DNA of 64,000 nt from an uncultured Candidatus Binatia bacterium (GCA_965232605.1 CBDDQA010000006.1:159077-223076); one strand, 5' to 3'. Positions 18,340 to 28,836 are shown, counted from the stretch's first letter. The notes: generated from the letters alone by a model not told the origin. Translations and numbers: made by a program.

Positions 18340-19332
18340 ATGACCGCTGTCAAACTGGACGAACCGCTATCGATTCTCATTCTGCTCGGGCTGACCCTGC
18401 CCGAAGTGTCTGAGGGCGACCTGGCAAAGATTCAGGCCGCGGCGCCCGGCTCGACCGTCAAGGTGGCTCCTCGGGTGGGCGATGCCATTGCCATGGCCGA
18501 TGATGTCGCGGTCATCCTCGGTTTCCTGCCCGAAGCATTATTTCAGGCCGCTCCCCGCCTGCGCTGGGTGCATGCCATCGCCTCGGGGGTGGATATGTTT
18601 CTCTACCCGGCGATGCGGGACTCCGACGTGGTGCTGACCGGCGAGAAAGGCCTGGTAGGCGGACACCTGGCGGATACCGGGTTCGGCCTGCTCCTGGCGC
18701 TCACCCGCCAGATCGCAACCGCCATCCGCCTCGGCTCGGCCAGTTGGCAGGAACGTGAGGCCATGCGCCGCAAAGAGATTGAGCTTGAGGGGCTGACCAT
18801 GGGCATTGTCGGCTTCGGGGGGACCGGTCGGGCCATGGCCCGCCGGGCGGTGGCGTTTGGTATGCACGTGTTAGCCCTGGACGAGCAGCCCGTCCCGGCG
18901 TCGGACGGAGTGGAGGCGGTGTGGGGACGGGAGCGGTTGGCCGAGTTGCTGGCGGCCTCTGATGTGGTTGCGATCTGCTGTCCGCTCACAGCCGAGACGC
19001 GGCAGATGTTCAATGCGGCAACGTTCGACCACCTGAAGCCGGGCGCGCTGCTGGTCAACGTCACCCGGGGTGAGATCATAGACGGGGAGGCCCTGGTACA
19101 GGCGCTGCAAGACGGCCGGTGTGGCGGCGCGGCGCTCGATGTCGCCCCGGTCGAGCCCCTGCCGGCCGATCATCCCCTGTGGACGTTCGAGAACGTCGTC
19201 ATGACGCCACACACGGCCGGCGCCAGCCAACTGCGCGCGACGCGCAACCTCGACCGTTTTTGTGAGAACCTGCGCCGTGCCCAGCGAGGCGAGCCCCTCC
19301 TCGGGGTTGTCGACAAACAGCTCGGCTACTAA
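18340..19332 (+). CDS. D-isomer-specific 2-hydroxyacid dehydrogenase family, NAD-binding.
   Basis: GIVGFGGTGRAMA Rossmann motif and catalytic R/E/H pattern. Confidence 0.85.
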   Translation: MTAVKLDEPLSILILLGLTLPEVSEGDLAKIQAAAPGSTVKVAPRVGDAIAMADDVAVILGFLPEALFQAAPRLRWVHAIASGVDMFLYPAMRDSDVVLTGEKGLVGGHLADTGFGLLLALTRQIATAIRLGSASWQEREAMRRKEIELEGLTMGIVGFGGTGRAMARRAVAFGMHVLALDEQPVPASDGVEAVWGRERLAELLAASDVVAICCPLTAETRQMFNAATFDHLKPGALLVNVTRGEIIDGEALVQALQDGRCGGAALDVAPVEPLPADHPLWTFENVVMTPHTAGASQLRATRNLDRFCENLRRAQRGEPLLGVVDKQLGY

Positions 19333-19407
19333 GGCCAGTCGCAGGGAAAAGGCAAAGGCTACGCGAAACGATTCCTGAGCATTTCCCTTCGATATCAGCA
19401 CCGGGCT

Positions 19408-20655
19408 TTACGGAGGGGTGACGGGCGCGATCTCTTTCAGCCGGGGCAGCACCTCCCTGGCAAAGAGTCTGATGCCCTTCTCGGCCTCGGCATGGGTCAT
19501 GAATCCTGACCGCCCAATCATGACCAGATGACCAAAGCCACCGACCTTGCGGTAAAAATCCATGATTTGCTGGTAGACGGTATCAGGGCTGCCGGCGAAC
19601 AGGATTCCCCGCGCCATAGCTTGTGCGGTATCGATATTCGTGAGCCCTCCGACGTTGAGGATGGCCGGAGCGACAGGCTTATCTGCCTTCGCGGTCTGCG
19701 CCCGGCTGCTGGCCGCCGGCCCCTCGGCCCGAGTGTCTGGCCTAGGTGCGGTACGGTAGACCTGGGGCGCAAAGTGGGGCGGTGTCGCCCCAGGCAGGAA
19801 CTGGGCGTACTGGGGCGCCATCTTCAGACTCGTGTTGAGGAACCACAACAGCTTGCTCCCGATCTCGACACCCTCTTCATGGGTGTCGCCGACATAGACC
19901 AGGGCCGCATACGCAAAGTGGTCGGTCATAAGCTTGGGCAGCCCAGCCTCCGCGCGCGCCTGACGATACGCGGCCCAGGCCCGCCTGGTCCCCTCCTCAC
20001 CGCGCAGCACTAACACATTGACCATCCCCCGCCGACCGGCCTCGCTCGCCGTTTCCGGGTCGCCCGTCGCCGCCCATATTGGTGGATGCGGCTGCTGCCA
20101 CGGGCGCGGCCAGATGTTCACGTGCCGGTGCGTGTAGTGCTTGCCCTCCCAACTGAACGGCCCCTCCTGAAAGGTCAACGCCTTGGTGACGAGATCGATC
20201 GCCTCCCAGTAGCGCTCAATATTCGTTACCGGGTTGGCATTGTTGGACGCCATCTCACTCGCGCCCGACTTCACGAAGCCGATATCCAGACGTCCACGGG
20301 AAATGACATCCGCCGTGGCGTACTCCTCTGCGACTCTGACCGGGTCTGGCCGCAGCGAGATCAAGGTCCCCATACTGAGAATGCGGACCTTACGTATCTG
20401 GCGGGCCAGGATACCCAGGACCAGCGGGTTGGCCCCAAATAGGGAATTAATTCCAGCGTGATGCTCGATGGCGACAACATTGATTCCCCACTCGTCGCAC
20501 AGCATGAACTCGTCAAAGGTTTCCTCGAACAAGTCCGCGGCGATCTGGGGGTCGCAATACTTATTCGGCAGGCTGGCCCGGACGGAATCGGCGCGATCGA
20601 GCACGTCTGGTGGGACGAAGGGATACGGGTTCTCGTTGTGATACCAGACTTCCAT
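19408..20655 (-). CDS. LLM-class (luciferase-like) flavin-dependent oxidoreductase, copy 1.
   Basis: TIM-barrel LLM signature along the full length. Confidence 0.85.
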   Translation of the reverse strand: MEVWYHNENPYPFVPPDVLDRADSVRASLPNKYCDPQIAADLFEETFDEFMLCDEWGINVVAIEHHAGINSLFGANPLVLGILARQIRKVRILSMGTLISLRPDPVRVAEEYATADVISRGRLDIGFVKSGASEMASNNANPVTNIERYWEAIDLVTKALTFQEGPFSWEGKHYTHRHVNIWPRPWQQPHPPIWAATGDPETASEAGRRGMVNVLVLRGEEGTRRAWAAYRQARAEAGLPKLMTDHFAYAALVYVGDTHEEGVEIGSKLLWFLNTSLKMAPQYAQFLPGATPPHFAPQVYRTAPRPDTRAEGPAASSRAQTAKADKPVAPAILNVGGLTNIDTAQAMARGILFAGSPDTVYQQIMDFYRKVGGFGHLVMIGRSGFMTHAEAEKGIRLFAREVLPRLKEIAPVTPP

Positions 20656-20681
20656 GGTGTGCTCCTCAGCCTCCTCCTCGC

Positions 20682-21479
20682 TCAGCTCTCTTGTGCCAAG
20701 AAGGCAGCCACGCGCTCAACAAAAGCCTCGGGCTGCTCGATCTCGGGATGGTGTCCCGCCTCGGCAATGACCTCAAAGCACGAGCCAGGGATCAACGCGC
20801 TGTAGGCCCGTCCGTAGGCCGGCGTCACGATCCCGTCGCTCGCCCCCCACAGCACCAGCGTCGGTCGACTGATCCGACGCAGCCAACGCTTGAGCTGAGG
20901 GTTGTACATATAGGGCTGCCAGCCGTACAGGCACAGCGCGTCCCAGTTCCGGGCGTGGACGACGATGTCGTCATCCGGTAGCGCGTTAAAGTCCGGCGCC
21001 CACTTCTCGGGGTCGTGCCAGCGGTTCCGCTCCACTTCCTGGGGAGAGGTGTTAAAGACGTCCAGGATATCCGGGGTCTCGCGATCGCTGATCTTGATGC
21101 CAAAGGCATCCACCAGGACGAGCCGGTCAATACGATGGCTGCACGCGACCGCGATTTCCGCCGCCAGCCAGCCGCCAAAGGACAATCCCACGAGGCTGAC
21201 CCGCTCATACGGCAGCGCTTCGAGGACGTCTAAATACAGGCGTACCAAGTCGTACACCGTGTCGAAGTCCGTCGGGCGCGCAGAGTGGCCAAAGCCGGGG
21301 TGTGAGGGGGCTATGATCTCTGCCCGCCGGCCGAGCAGATCGAGGAAACGCGCCCGCGGATTGACGGTGTGCATACCGTGCAGGAGCAGGACTGGCCGAC
21401 CCATGCCCCGGCGTATCACTTCGAGCTCAATGTCCTCGACCGACACACGCTCTCCGACCGGGGCCTCGATATCATTCAT
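20682..21479 (-). CDS. Alpha/beta-fold hydrolase.
   Basis: GLSFGG nucleophile elbow. Confidence 0.85.
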   Translation of the reverse strand: MNDIEAPVGERVSVEDIELEVIRRGMGRPVLLLHGMHTVNPRARFLDLLGRRAEIIAPSHPGFGHSARPTDFDTVYDLVRLYLDVLEALPYERVSLVGLSFGGWLAAEIAVACSHRIDRLVLVDAFGIKISDRETPDILDVFNTSPQEVERNRWHDPEKWAPDFNALPDDDIVVHARNWDALCLYGWQPYMYNPQLKRWLRRISRPTLVLWGASDGIVTPAYGRAYSALIPGSCFEVIAEAGHHPEIEQPEAFVERVAAFLAQES

Positions 21480-21794
21480 CGTGACTTCCTACGGATATTC
21501 ATTCTCCGTGCTCTACTGCCACAATCCCGACCGAGTACAAAAATACGGGCGATATGCTCGTCCAAGAGACCATAAGCGACCCAGATCGTGTTCTCAAGCT
21601 CAGAGCGATAGTCCCAGAATGAGGTAGGACGTGGTTGGATTATTTTTGATGACCAGCAGCTCGAAGTTTTCCACGGTTGGCCTCCCGATCTGTATTTTTC
21701 GGACTGTGATAGGGAGGTCTGGTAGGTCCGGAAGATCTGATGAATCTGACAGCGCTTCCCCGGCGCAAGCCACAGACGCGGGATGTTGATCCGG

Positions 21795-23072
21795 TTAGGC
21801 GGCGGCAGTGCGCAGTCGGGCCGCTCGTCTGACCTGTGGTTCCTTATGGAACGCACCGTCCTTCATGATCATGAGGAGATTGTCCGGGTCCTGGAGTAGG
21901 CTGATATCCTCGACGGGATTGCCATCGACTAGGATCAGATCGGCCAGATAACCCTCTTTGATCAGTCCAAGCTGGTCACCGAAACACTCACCACCGGACT
22001 TGGTCGCCATCATGAGCGTTTCAGCTGGGCTGAATCCCATCAGATTCACAAAGTGTTCGAGGTCCCGGGCATCCTGACCGATCCGGTTCCAGGCAAAGCC
22101 ATAGTCACCAAACGGCAAGACGCGCACCCCGCGTCTGTGGAGTTCTTGCGTGGCGTGTATGGCGCTTTCCAGTTCGTGCTCAAAGCCCCACGCTTCGGCC
22201 ATAGCCCGAGTGACACCGTACTCTTCCATGTGGTTCAGCGTGGCATAACTGAGGCCGATGGCTGGATTGACGAAGTACTCGTCCTTGTTGGCTTCGAGTA
22301 AGTCGAGCGCTTCTTCGTCGCAAAAATTCGCGTGGTAGATGAGTGTGATGCCGTGCCGGATGCACATCTTGACAGATTCAGCCGTACGCGCATGCGCGAC
22401 TACGCGCCGGTTGTGCGCGTGCGCCAGACTACAGCAGGCTGCCACTTCGTCCTCCTGCATCACGGTCATTTGCGCGGTCCCGGTTCGCACGAAGTTGTCC
22501 CCCGAAATCATGAGTTTAATCACGTCGACGCCCTCACGGATCATCAGCCGGGTGTATTTCCGAATCTCTTCGGGGCCGTCGAGGACCTCCGCGAAACCCT
22601 CATGGTATATATGCAGTTGCCTCAAGTCGCCCAGCCCGCCGGTCACGGTGAGTTCTGGCGTGGCCGCTTGCATGCGTGGCCCCGGGATCTTGCCGGCATT
22701 AATCTCATTACGGATAACAATATCGAGTCTCGCCTTGGCAGAGGAGCCGTTCACCAGGGCGGTGAAACCATGATCGAGCATGGTCTTCACGTTATGCATG
22801 GTGATGAGCACATGCTCCTCCACGGGGATTTCGCCGGTCTCGTAGAGGTCTGCTCCCATGTTGGGATAGGTTGGGTGCCCGTGACAGTTGACCAAGCCGG
22901 GCATCAGTGTGGCACCGTCACCGTTGACGACTGTGGCACCGTCCCAAGCCACGGTGTGAGCACCGGCAGCGATAGTCTTGATACGCGTATCCCGGACGAG
23001 GACCTCGCCCAAGTACGGCGCACTCCCACTTCCGTCGAGAATCATCACGTTGGTGAATACAGTATCCGACAT
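21795..23072 (-). CDS. Metal-dependent amidohydrolase family protein.
   Basis: HGHPTY metal-binding start and HxH...D pattern. AAGGAGGG RBS before the ATG at 23072. The tracked ORF is N-terminally over-extended. Confidence 0.8.
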   Translation of the reverse strand: MSDTVFTNVMILDGSGSAPYLGEVLVRDTRIKTIAAGAHTVAWDGATVVNGDGATLMPGLVNCHGHPTYPNMGADLYETGEIPVEEHVLITMHNVKTMLDHGFTALVNGSSAKARLDIVIRNEINAGKIPGPRMQAATPELTVTGGLGDLRQLHIYHEGFAEVLDGPEEIRKYTRLMIREGVDVIKLMISGDNFVRTGTAQMTVMQEDEVAACCSLAHAHNRRVVAHARTAESVKMCIRHGITLIYHANFCDEEALDLLEANKDEYFVNPAIGLSYATLNHMEEYGVTRAMAEAWGFEHELESAIHATQELHRRGVRVLPFGDYGFAWNRIGQDARDLEHFVNLMGFSPAETLMMATKSGGECFGDQLGLIKEGYLADLILVDGNPVEDISLLQDPDNLLMIMKDGAFHKEPQVRRAARLRTAAA

Positions 23073-23327
23073 GGGCCTGCCCTCCTTCATGGTCGATAGT
23101 GGTCGCCTTGGGCCACCAGACCAACTATGCGACATTATGTCATGGATGCGTGCGTTCCAGAAGATGAAGGATTGAGGACCTTTACTCGCGAATGGCTTCT
23201 TCTTCTCGCTTGCCGGCTTGACAAACCCGCCCCCCAGAAGAGTAGGCTGAATTGACCGAATACAGAGCTGACCCTGCACAATGCGGGCGATACTGCCACC
23301 CTTAGAGTAAGCGCATGGAGGGACACG

Positions 23328-23510
23328 ATGAACCACCGACAAATCGTCGAGGCAAAGCTTTTAGAAGTGGGGATCACACTCGGCAACGAGGACCTTGAGC
23401 AGCTCACTACGGCCTATGCCGCGTTGCTCGAATGGGAATCTGTCGTGCAGGGCATGGTGCGACCGGAGACAGAGCCCGCCTTGATCTTTAAGGCAGCAGT
23501 GGAGGACTAA
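23328..23510 (+). CDS. GatC/AtzG-like mini-protein (60 aa) immediately upstream of an amidase.
   Basis: Small helical protein 4 nt upstream of the amidase start. Mirrors the pair at 49652-49855/48253-49662. Confidence 0.5.
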   Translation: MNHRQIVEAKLLEVGITLGNEDLEQLTTAYAALLEWESVVQGMVRPETEPALIFKAAVED

Positions 23511-23513
23511 ACA

Positions 23514-24914
23514 ATGGCACGCTCAAGCTCCGAATTCGCTTATATGTCGCTCGCAGAGGCCGCTGACCTCATCAAAAACGGTGAACTGTCTCCAGTCGAA
23601 CTGACCCAAGCCATGGTGAAACGCATTGCCGCGCTCGACTCGCAGGTTCACGCCTACGTCACAGTCTTTGCCGAAGAGGCGCTCGCTGCCGCTCGGGAGG
23701 CAGAAGAGCAAATCCAGGCTGGAGACTATCGAGGCCCGTTGCACGGCATTCCTCTGGCCGTCAAAGACATCTATGAAGCAGGCCGGACGACCGGCGGCTC
23801 AAAGTTACGGAGAGATTATACGGCTCGGCAGGACTGTACTTCCGTTGCGAAACTCAAGCAGGCCGGTGGGCTGCTGCTCGGGAAGTTAGCAACCTACGAG
23901 TTTGCGGCAGGGACGCCAACCCTGGCTTCGCATTTCCAGCCGGCCCGTAATCCCTGGAACCTTGAGATTGATCCGGGCGGATCGAGCAGCGGTTCAGGAG
24001 CGGCCCTGGCCGGCGGAATGATTTTCGGTGCCATGGGGAGTGATACCGGCGGCTCCATACGCTGGCCCGCTTTCTGCTGTGGTATTGTCGGTATGAAGGC
24101 CACGTACGGCCGGGTGAGCCGCACGGGCGTTTTCCCCCTGTCATGGAATCTCGACCACACGGGGCCCATGACTCGAACCGTTCAAGATAGTGCGCTCATG
24201 CTCCAGGCCTGTGCTGGCTACGACCCCCTCGATCCGGCGTCTGCTAAGGTACCAGTTCCCGATTTTAGTGAAAAGTTGGGCCGCGATATCAAAGGCCTGC
24301 GTCTCGGCATTCCGCGCACGCTCTTCCAGGACAACTGCGGGAAGGAGATTCTCGCCACGTTTAATGCAGCCGTGACACAAATGGAAACGCTTGGGGCTGA
24401 GATCGTCGACGTGAAATCAATCACGCTTGGCGAACTCCAAGCAACCTTCTGGCCGCTCCTCTGTGCCGATGCGGCTGCGTATCATCTGGCAGACATGCAG
24501 ACTCAGGCCGAGGACTACAACCAAGACCTGCGTCTCATCCTTGCGCTGGGCAATCTCGTGCGAGGAACGACCTATCTGCAATGTCAGAGAGTCCGGGAGC
24601 AAATCCGTACTCAGCTGCTGCAGCAATTGGAGACCGTTGACCTGTTCATGCTCCCCACGACTGGGGTGATGCCCGCACCGATCCGGTCGGAGTCGCCCGG
24701 CCTGTACCTGATGGCCAAAGACTTCGCAACTTACACGCCGTTGTTCAACCTGACAGGCTTTCCCGCGCTTGCCCTCCCCTGCGGCTTCAGTAGTGCCGGG
24801 CTGCCCATTGGCTTCCAACTCGCAGGTCGGCCGTTTGATGAGGCGACGGTTTTTCAGGCTGGGCATAGCTACGAACAGTCAACACCGTGGCACACCCAGC
24901 ATCCGTCGCTCTAA
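23514..24914 (+). CDS. Amidase-signature family enzyme (GatA/AtzE-like).
   Basis: GGSSSGSGAA AS-signature motif, Ser-cisSer-Lys triad context. Confidence 0.9.
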   Translation: MARSSSEFAYMSLAEAADLIKNGELSPVELTQAMVKRIAALDSQVHAYVTVFAEEALAAAREAEEQIQAGDYRGPLHGIPLAVKDIYEAGRTTGGSKLRRDYTARQDCTSVAKLKQAGGLLLGKLATYEFAAGTPTLASHFQPARNPWNLEIDPGGSSSGSGAALAGGMIFGAMGSDTGGSIRWPAFCCGIVGMKATYGRVSRTGVFPLSWNLDHTGPMTRTVQDSALMLQACAGYDPLDPASAKVPVPDFSEKLGRDIKGLRLGIPRTLFQDNCGKEILATFNAAVTQMETLGAEIVDVKSITLGELQATFWPLLCADAAAYHLADMQTQAEDYNQDLRLILALGNLVRGTTYLQCQRVREQIRTQLLQQLETVDLFMLPTTGVMPAPIRSESPGLYLMAKDFATYTPLFNLTGFPALALPCGFSSAGLPIGFQLAGRPFDEATVFQAGHSYEQSTPWHTQHPSL

Positions 24915-24940
24915 ACGAAGACAAGATTCGCCCCTGTGAA

Positions 24941-25110
24941 TGGAATCGTAAATTGCGCTAGGGCAGTTTACGGTAGGTTGGAGCGATGCCTGTAGGCGCT
25001 CGGCCCGGGCTCTCGTAGGGTGCGCCCTGCGCACCAGGAAGCTGGTGCATGGGATGCACCCTACGGAAGGGAACGGGGGGCTATACGGAATCGTAAATTG
25101 CTCTAGCCGG
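24941..25110. repeat. REP/MITE-like element: 23-bp direct repeats (ggaatcgtaaattgcKctagSc) flanking a ~125-bp core with a long perfect hairpin, in a convergent intergenic gap.
   Basis: The terminal motif atcgtRaaNNgctctagcc is shared with the copies at 33400-33535 and 41900-42101. Confidence 0.55.
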
Positions 25111-26170
25111 TCGCCACGCAGTAGACCTGATCGGCATCCGCCGGTAGCGCCTGTGCACTCCAGGTCGCCCCGGCGTCGGCGCTGGTGAACACCTGACCCT
25201 TTTTGCTGGCGCAGACCATACGGTCGGTATGGAGTTGGTCGATGGACATGGCGAACAGGGTGCTGTTGACCGCATGGCCGATATCCACCCGCTCCCAACT
25301 CAGACCGCCGTCCTCGCTGTGGAACAGGCCACCGACGTTGCTCTCGAAATCACCCCCGCCGGACAGCCACAGCCTGGTGGGCATACCCGGCACCTCGCGC
25401 AGGCAGCGGCAATAGGTGGTGCCCTTCTCGTTCAGTGGCTCGATGGGCACGCGCTGCCAGTGGTCGCCCCGGTCGGTGCTGCGAAACATGCCGACGCGAC
25501 AGATGGCCGTGACCGTTCCTGGGCTCAGACGGCTGGCCAGCACGCCGTGCATGTCGACGGTATCGTCGGTGAGGTATTGGCCGTGGCTGAGGTTCTCCCA
25601 GTGCTCTCCCCCGTCCAAAGACCGGAGCAGTCCGCCGACCTCCAGGGAGGCGTACAGTTCGTCCCGGTCGGCAATGCTGCCGGACATCATCAGCACCCGC
25701 TTAGCCGGTATGCCCTGAGGGGGCATGGTCACGTCGGGGAAGCGGACGCTCACCGGGAGCTGGCGCCAGCGCTCTCCGGCGTCGTCGCTGCGGTATATCT
25801 CCGCCGACTCGTAGCCGGCGAACATGACCTGCGGGTCGGCCGGATGGAATAATAACGACCACATGGGCAGACCGTGATCAGGAACCACCACCTTCTCCCA
25901 GTGGTCGCCGTGGTCATCGCTGCGGTACGGGCCATCTTGAGTAGCGACGTAGACCACCTCGGGCCGCTGAGGATGGATGGTGATGGCGCGGACCTCGGGC
26001 GCGTCCGGCAGCCCTTGTGTGAGCGGCTCCCAGCCCCCCTGCCCGAACACACTCCGATACAGGCCGCTTTTGATCACCAGCTTGATGCCCATATGCTTTT
26101 CCACCCATTCGATGCCTGGGCTGGTGTCACCGGCCAGACCGGCGAAAACGTAGGATGTGCTCTTATCCAT
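25103..26170 (-). CDS. BNR/Asp-box beta-propeller protein (sialidase/Ycf48-like fold). Function unknown.
   Basis: Repeated S.D.G..W motifs. Confidence 0.6.
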   Translation of the reverse strand: MDKSTSYVFAGLAGDTSPGIEWVEKHMGIKLVIKSGLYRSVFGQGGWEPLTQGLPDAPEVRAITIHPQRPEVVYVATQDGPYRSDDHGDHWEKVVVPDHGLPMWSLLFHPADPQVMFAGYESAEIYRSDDAGERWRQLPVSVRFPDVTMPPQGIPAKRVLMMSGSIADRDELYASLEVGGLLRSLDGGEHWENLSHGQYLTDDTVDMHGVLASRLSPGTVTAICRVGMFRSTDRGDHWQRVPIEPLNEKGTTYCRCLREVPGMPTRLWLSGGGDFESNVGGLFHSEDGGLSWERVDIGHAVNSTLFAMSIDQLHTDRMVCASKKGQVFTSADAGATWSAQALPADADQVYCVATG

Positions 26171-26183
26171 GGTCTTTTCCTCC

Positions 26184-27377
26184 TTATTTGAGCGGCGGGA
26201 CTATCTCGCTCGGGTCGAGCCCGAGTTCCAGGCTGCCGACGCTGGACAGACAATAATCGCTGGGCGGAAACTGGACCGGGCCAACGGCGCCGTCCCGGAA
26301 CAGTCGCTCAAGCGGGACGGTCTTGAAGAGCGTATGGGCACCGCCCAGCGTGAGCGCGGTCCGCGTAATCCGCGCCCCGGCCTCGCCGACCAGATACTTG
26401 GCGCGGAACAGCGCCGCCACGGTTTCCTGGGTCGGTCCCTGGGTGTCGCTGAGCCAGGCCGAATGATAGGTCAGCAGCCGGGCGGCCTCCAGATCCACGC
26501 TCATGTCAGCCACCCGCCGGCGCACGTCCGGATGGTAGGCCATCGGCTGGGTATAGCCCCGCGGGACCCTTTCCTGCACCAGCTCCCGCACGGTGTTGTA
26601 GGCCGCCGCGGCCACACCCAGATACACCGCCGTATAGGAGGCCCACAGCCAGTTCGCCCCGCTACGGATGAACGGCAGGATGTCGTCGGTCCGGTAGAGT
26701 ACGGCGTCCTGAGACACGAAACAGTCTTCGAGAATCAGGGAGTCACTGCGCGTCGCCCGCATACCGAGCGTATCCCAGACCTCGTCGACGCGCCGGCCCG
26801 GCGCCCGGCGGGGAATCAGCAGCAAGAGAGCGGCCCCCGGCGTATCGATCTCCTCGGGGTGCGCCAGCACCGCACAGAAGTCAGCCGCCTCCAACATGGA
26901 GGCAAACGCTTTTCTGCCCGTGATCTGATACCCACCCGCAACCTGCCGGGCGCGCGTGGCCGGTTGGTAGGTGGCCAGCAGGCCGGACGTCCGCGGCTCG
27001 GAGAAGTTCCCGGCAATCAGCCTTTGCTCTTTGACGACCAGGTCGGCCAGACGCCGCTTGGTGTCCGGCGGAACGATGGGACTCTCGAACAGGGGGCCGA
27101 TGATCGAGAGGTGCATATTGAACGAGAGGGCCGTGGCCGGACAGCCCTGGGCGAGTTCCTCGGCCGCCAGGGAGTAGTCGAGCAGCCCGACGCCCTCCCC
27201 CCCCATCTCGGTAGGAACATTGAGGCTGTAGAATCCCTCCCGGCGTAGGGCCGCATAGTTTTCCAGCGGATGGCTGGCTTCCTGATCATGCGCGGCGGCG
27301 CGGGTGGCGAAGTCTGCTGCCAGCCGCCGACTCCGCTGCTGGAGGCGTGTCCCTGCTTCGCTGACCTGAAAATTCAT
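26184..27377 (-). CDS. Acyl-CoA dehydrogenase family protein.
   Basis: Three-domain ACAD pattern. Confidence 0.8.
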   Translation of the reverse strand: MNFQVSEAGTRLQQRSRRLAADFATRAAAHDQEASHPLENYAALRREGFYSLNVPTEMGGEGVGLLDYSLAAEELAQGCPATALSFNMHLSIIGPLFESPIVPPDTKRRLADLVVKEQRLIAGNFSEPRTSGLLATYQPATRARQVAGGYQITGRKAFASMLEAADFCAVLAHPEEIDTPGAALLLLIPRRAPGRRVDEVWDTLGMRATRSDSLILEDCFVSQDAVLYRTDDILPFIRSGANWLWASYTAVYLGVAAAAYNTVRELVQERVPRGYTQPMAYHPDVRRRVADMSVDLEAARLLTYHSAWLSDTQGPTQETVAALFRAKYLVGEAGARITRTALTLGGAHTLFKTVPLERLFRDGAVGPVQFPPSDYCLSSVGSLELGLDPSEIVPPLK

Positions 27378-27501
27378 GACCGCCCTCCTTTGTTCAGCTC
27401 CGAGGTCAGGCTGTCCGGGATCGGGGAAGAAACCTACATTATACGGCTTTATCTCCCCGCAGCAGCCTGCCTGTCAACCCAACGGCCTCCGAGCAAGAGA
27501 A

Positions 27502-28836
27502 ATGATTCAGCCGGCGCGGCGTCCATTGTATTCCCGGCCGAGATGGAGCAGGATAACATCATATTCACAGACAACACATCGACGAGGGATACCATGCAAG
27601 ACAGCGTACACACACACCAATGGCAAACGCTGGACGCTCGACCACCCGGAGCTGGGAACCGGACCGCTGCCCGTCACGCCCTATCTTTCCGCAGCGTATT
27701 TTGAGCAGGAGCGCGAGAAAATTTTTACCCGCACCTGGTTGTGTACGGGTAAGAAAATCGAGGAAATCCCGCAGCCGGGCGATTATCTGGTGCTGGATAT
27801 TGCGGTCGGCAAAACCTCGGTCCTGCTCGTCCGGGGTAAAGACGGCCGGGTGCGCGGGTTTCACAATGTGTGCAAACATCGTGGTAATCGACTGGCCTGG
27901 AACGATCGCGGCGCCTGTGGCTCCGGGTTGACGTGTCGCTTCCACGGCTGGACCTATGCCGCGGACGGCCGCCTGGTCGGGGTGCCGGAAGAAGATATGT
28001 TCTTTGACTTTGACAAGCGGGACTACGGCCTGAGTCCGGTCGCCACGGATGTCTGGGCAGGCTTTATCTTTATCAACCTCGATCCCGACCCGCCGGAAAC
28101 GCTGCACCAGTATCTGGGCGAAGTGGTTGACCTGCTGCGCGGCTATGCGTTTGACCGCCTGCCGCTGAGCTGGTCGTATACGGCCGAGCAGAAGTGCAAC
28201 TGGCGGATTCTGCGCGACTCGCAGCTCGAGTTCTATCACGGCAAGGCGCTGCACCAGCAGTTCGCCGGCAAGGTGATGATGAATAAGCGGCAGCCGTCCT
28301 GCCACGTCCTCGACGTCAAACTCTTTCGCCGCCACAGCATGATGTCGTTTTACGGCGACCGCCGGAATACCCAACGCACGCCCATGGAGCTGTTGATGGC
28401 CCAATTCGGGGCCAGCTTCAAAACCTTTCCCAGCGCGCGGGATATGGACCGCTGGCCCCTCGGGGTCAATCCCACCCGTAGCCGGCAGTGGTTCTTTGAT
28501 ATCTATTATATCTTTCCCAATTTTCATCTGGTGATTCTGAGCCCCTTTCTGTTTGTCGCCCACACCATGTTGCCGGAGACGGTCAATCGCTCGACCTGGA
28601 ACGCGCGGGGCTATTTCCCGCAGCCCACGACTGCCGCAGAGACAGTGACGCGCGAATATAATAAATGCCTGGCGCGGGACGTGTGGCTGGAAGATGGCAG
28701 TACCCTGGAAAACACCCAGCGCGGGATCGAGTCGGGCGTCCTCAGCCAGTATCCGGTCCAGGACCAGGAACTACTGATCCGCCACGCCCATCAGGTGGCG
28801 GAAGAGTTGCTCGGCAGCAACGGGCAAACGGGATGA
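27502..28836 (+). CDS. Rieske oxygenase alpha subunit (paralog 2).
   Basis: CKHRGNRL...CRFHGWTY. Start placed at the first in-frame ATG downstream of the untranslatable-looking extension. The true start is uncertain. Confidence 0.8.
   Translation: MIQPARRPLYSRPRWSRITSYSQTTHRRGIPCKTAYTHTNGKRWTLDHPELGTGPLPVTPYLSAAYFEQEREKIFTRTWLCTGKKIEEIPQPGDYLVLDIAVGKTSVLLVRGKDGRVRGFHNVCKHRGNRLAWNDRGACGSGLTCRFHGWTYAADGRLVGVPEEDMFFDFDKRDYGLSPVATDVWAGFIFINLDPDPPETLHQYLGEVVDLLRGYAFDRLPLSWSYTAEQKCNWRILRDSQLEFYHGKALHQQFAGKVMMNKRQPSCHVLDVKLFRRHSMMSFYGDRRNTQRTPMELLMAQFGASFKTFPSARDMDRWPLGVNPTRSRQWFFDIYYIFPNFHLVILSPFLFVAHTMLPETVNRSTWNARGYFPQPTTAAETVTREYNKCLARDVWLEDGSTLENTQRGIESGVLSQYPVQDQELLIRHAHQVAEELLGSNGQTG

Noticed and set aside
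26157-27248. 363-aa plus-strand ORF antisense to the acyl-CoA dehydrogenase. Likewise 27565-28563 (-), 34783-35853 (-), 54761-56083 (+), 61862-63178 (+), 10728-11441 (-) and 25229-25852 (+).
   Set aside because: All are long stop-free antisense frames of real genes in GC-rich sequence. Translations are Arg/Gly/Pro-rich without recognisable domains.
27376-27501. Long N-terminal extension of Rieske paralog 2 starting at 27376.
   Set aside because: The extension is Pro/Arg-rich and has no counterpart in paralogs. An internal ATG was chosen, though the true start remains uncertain.
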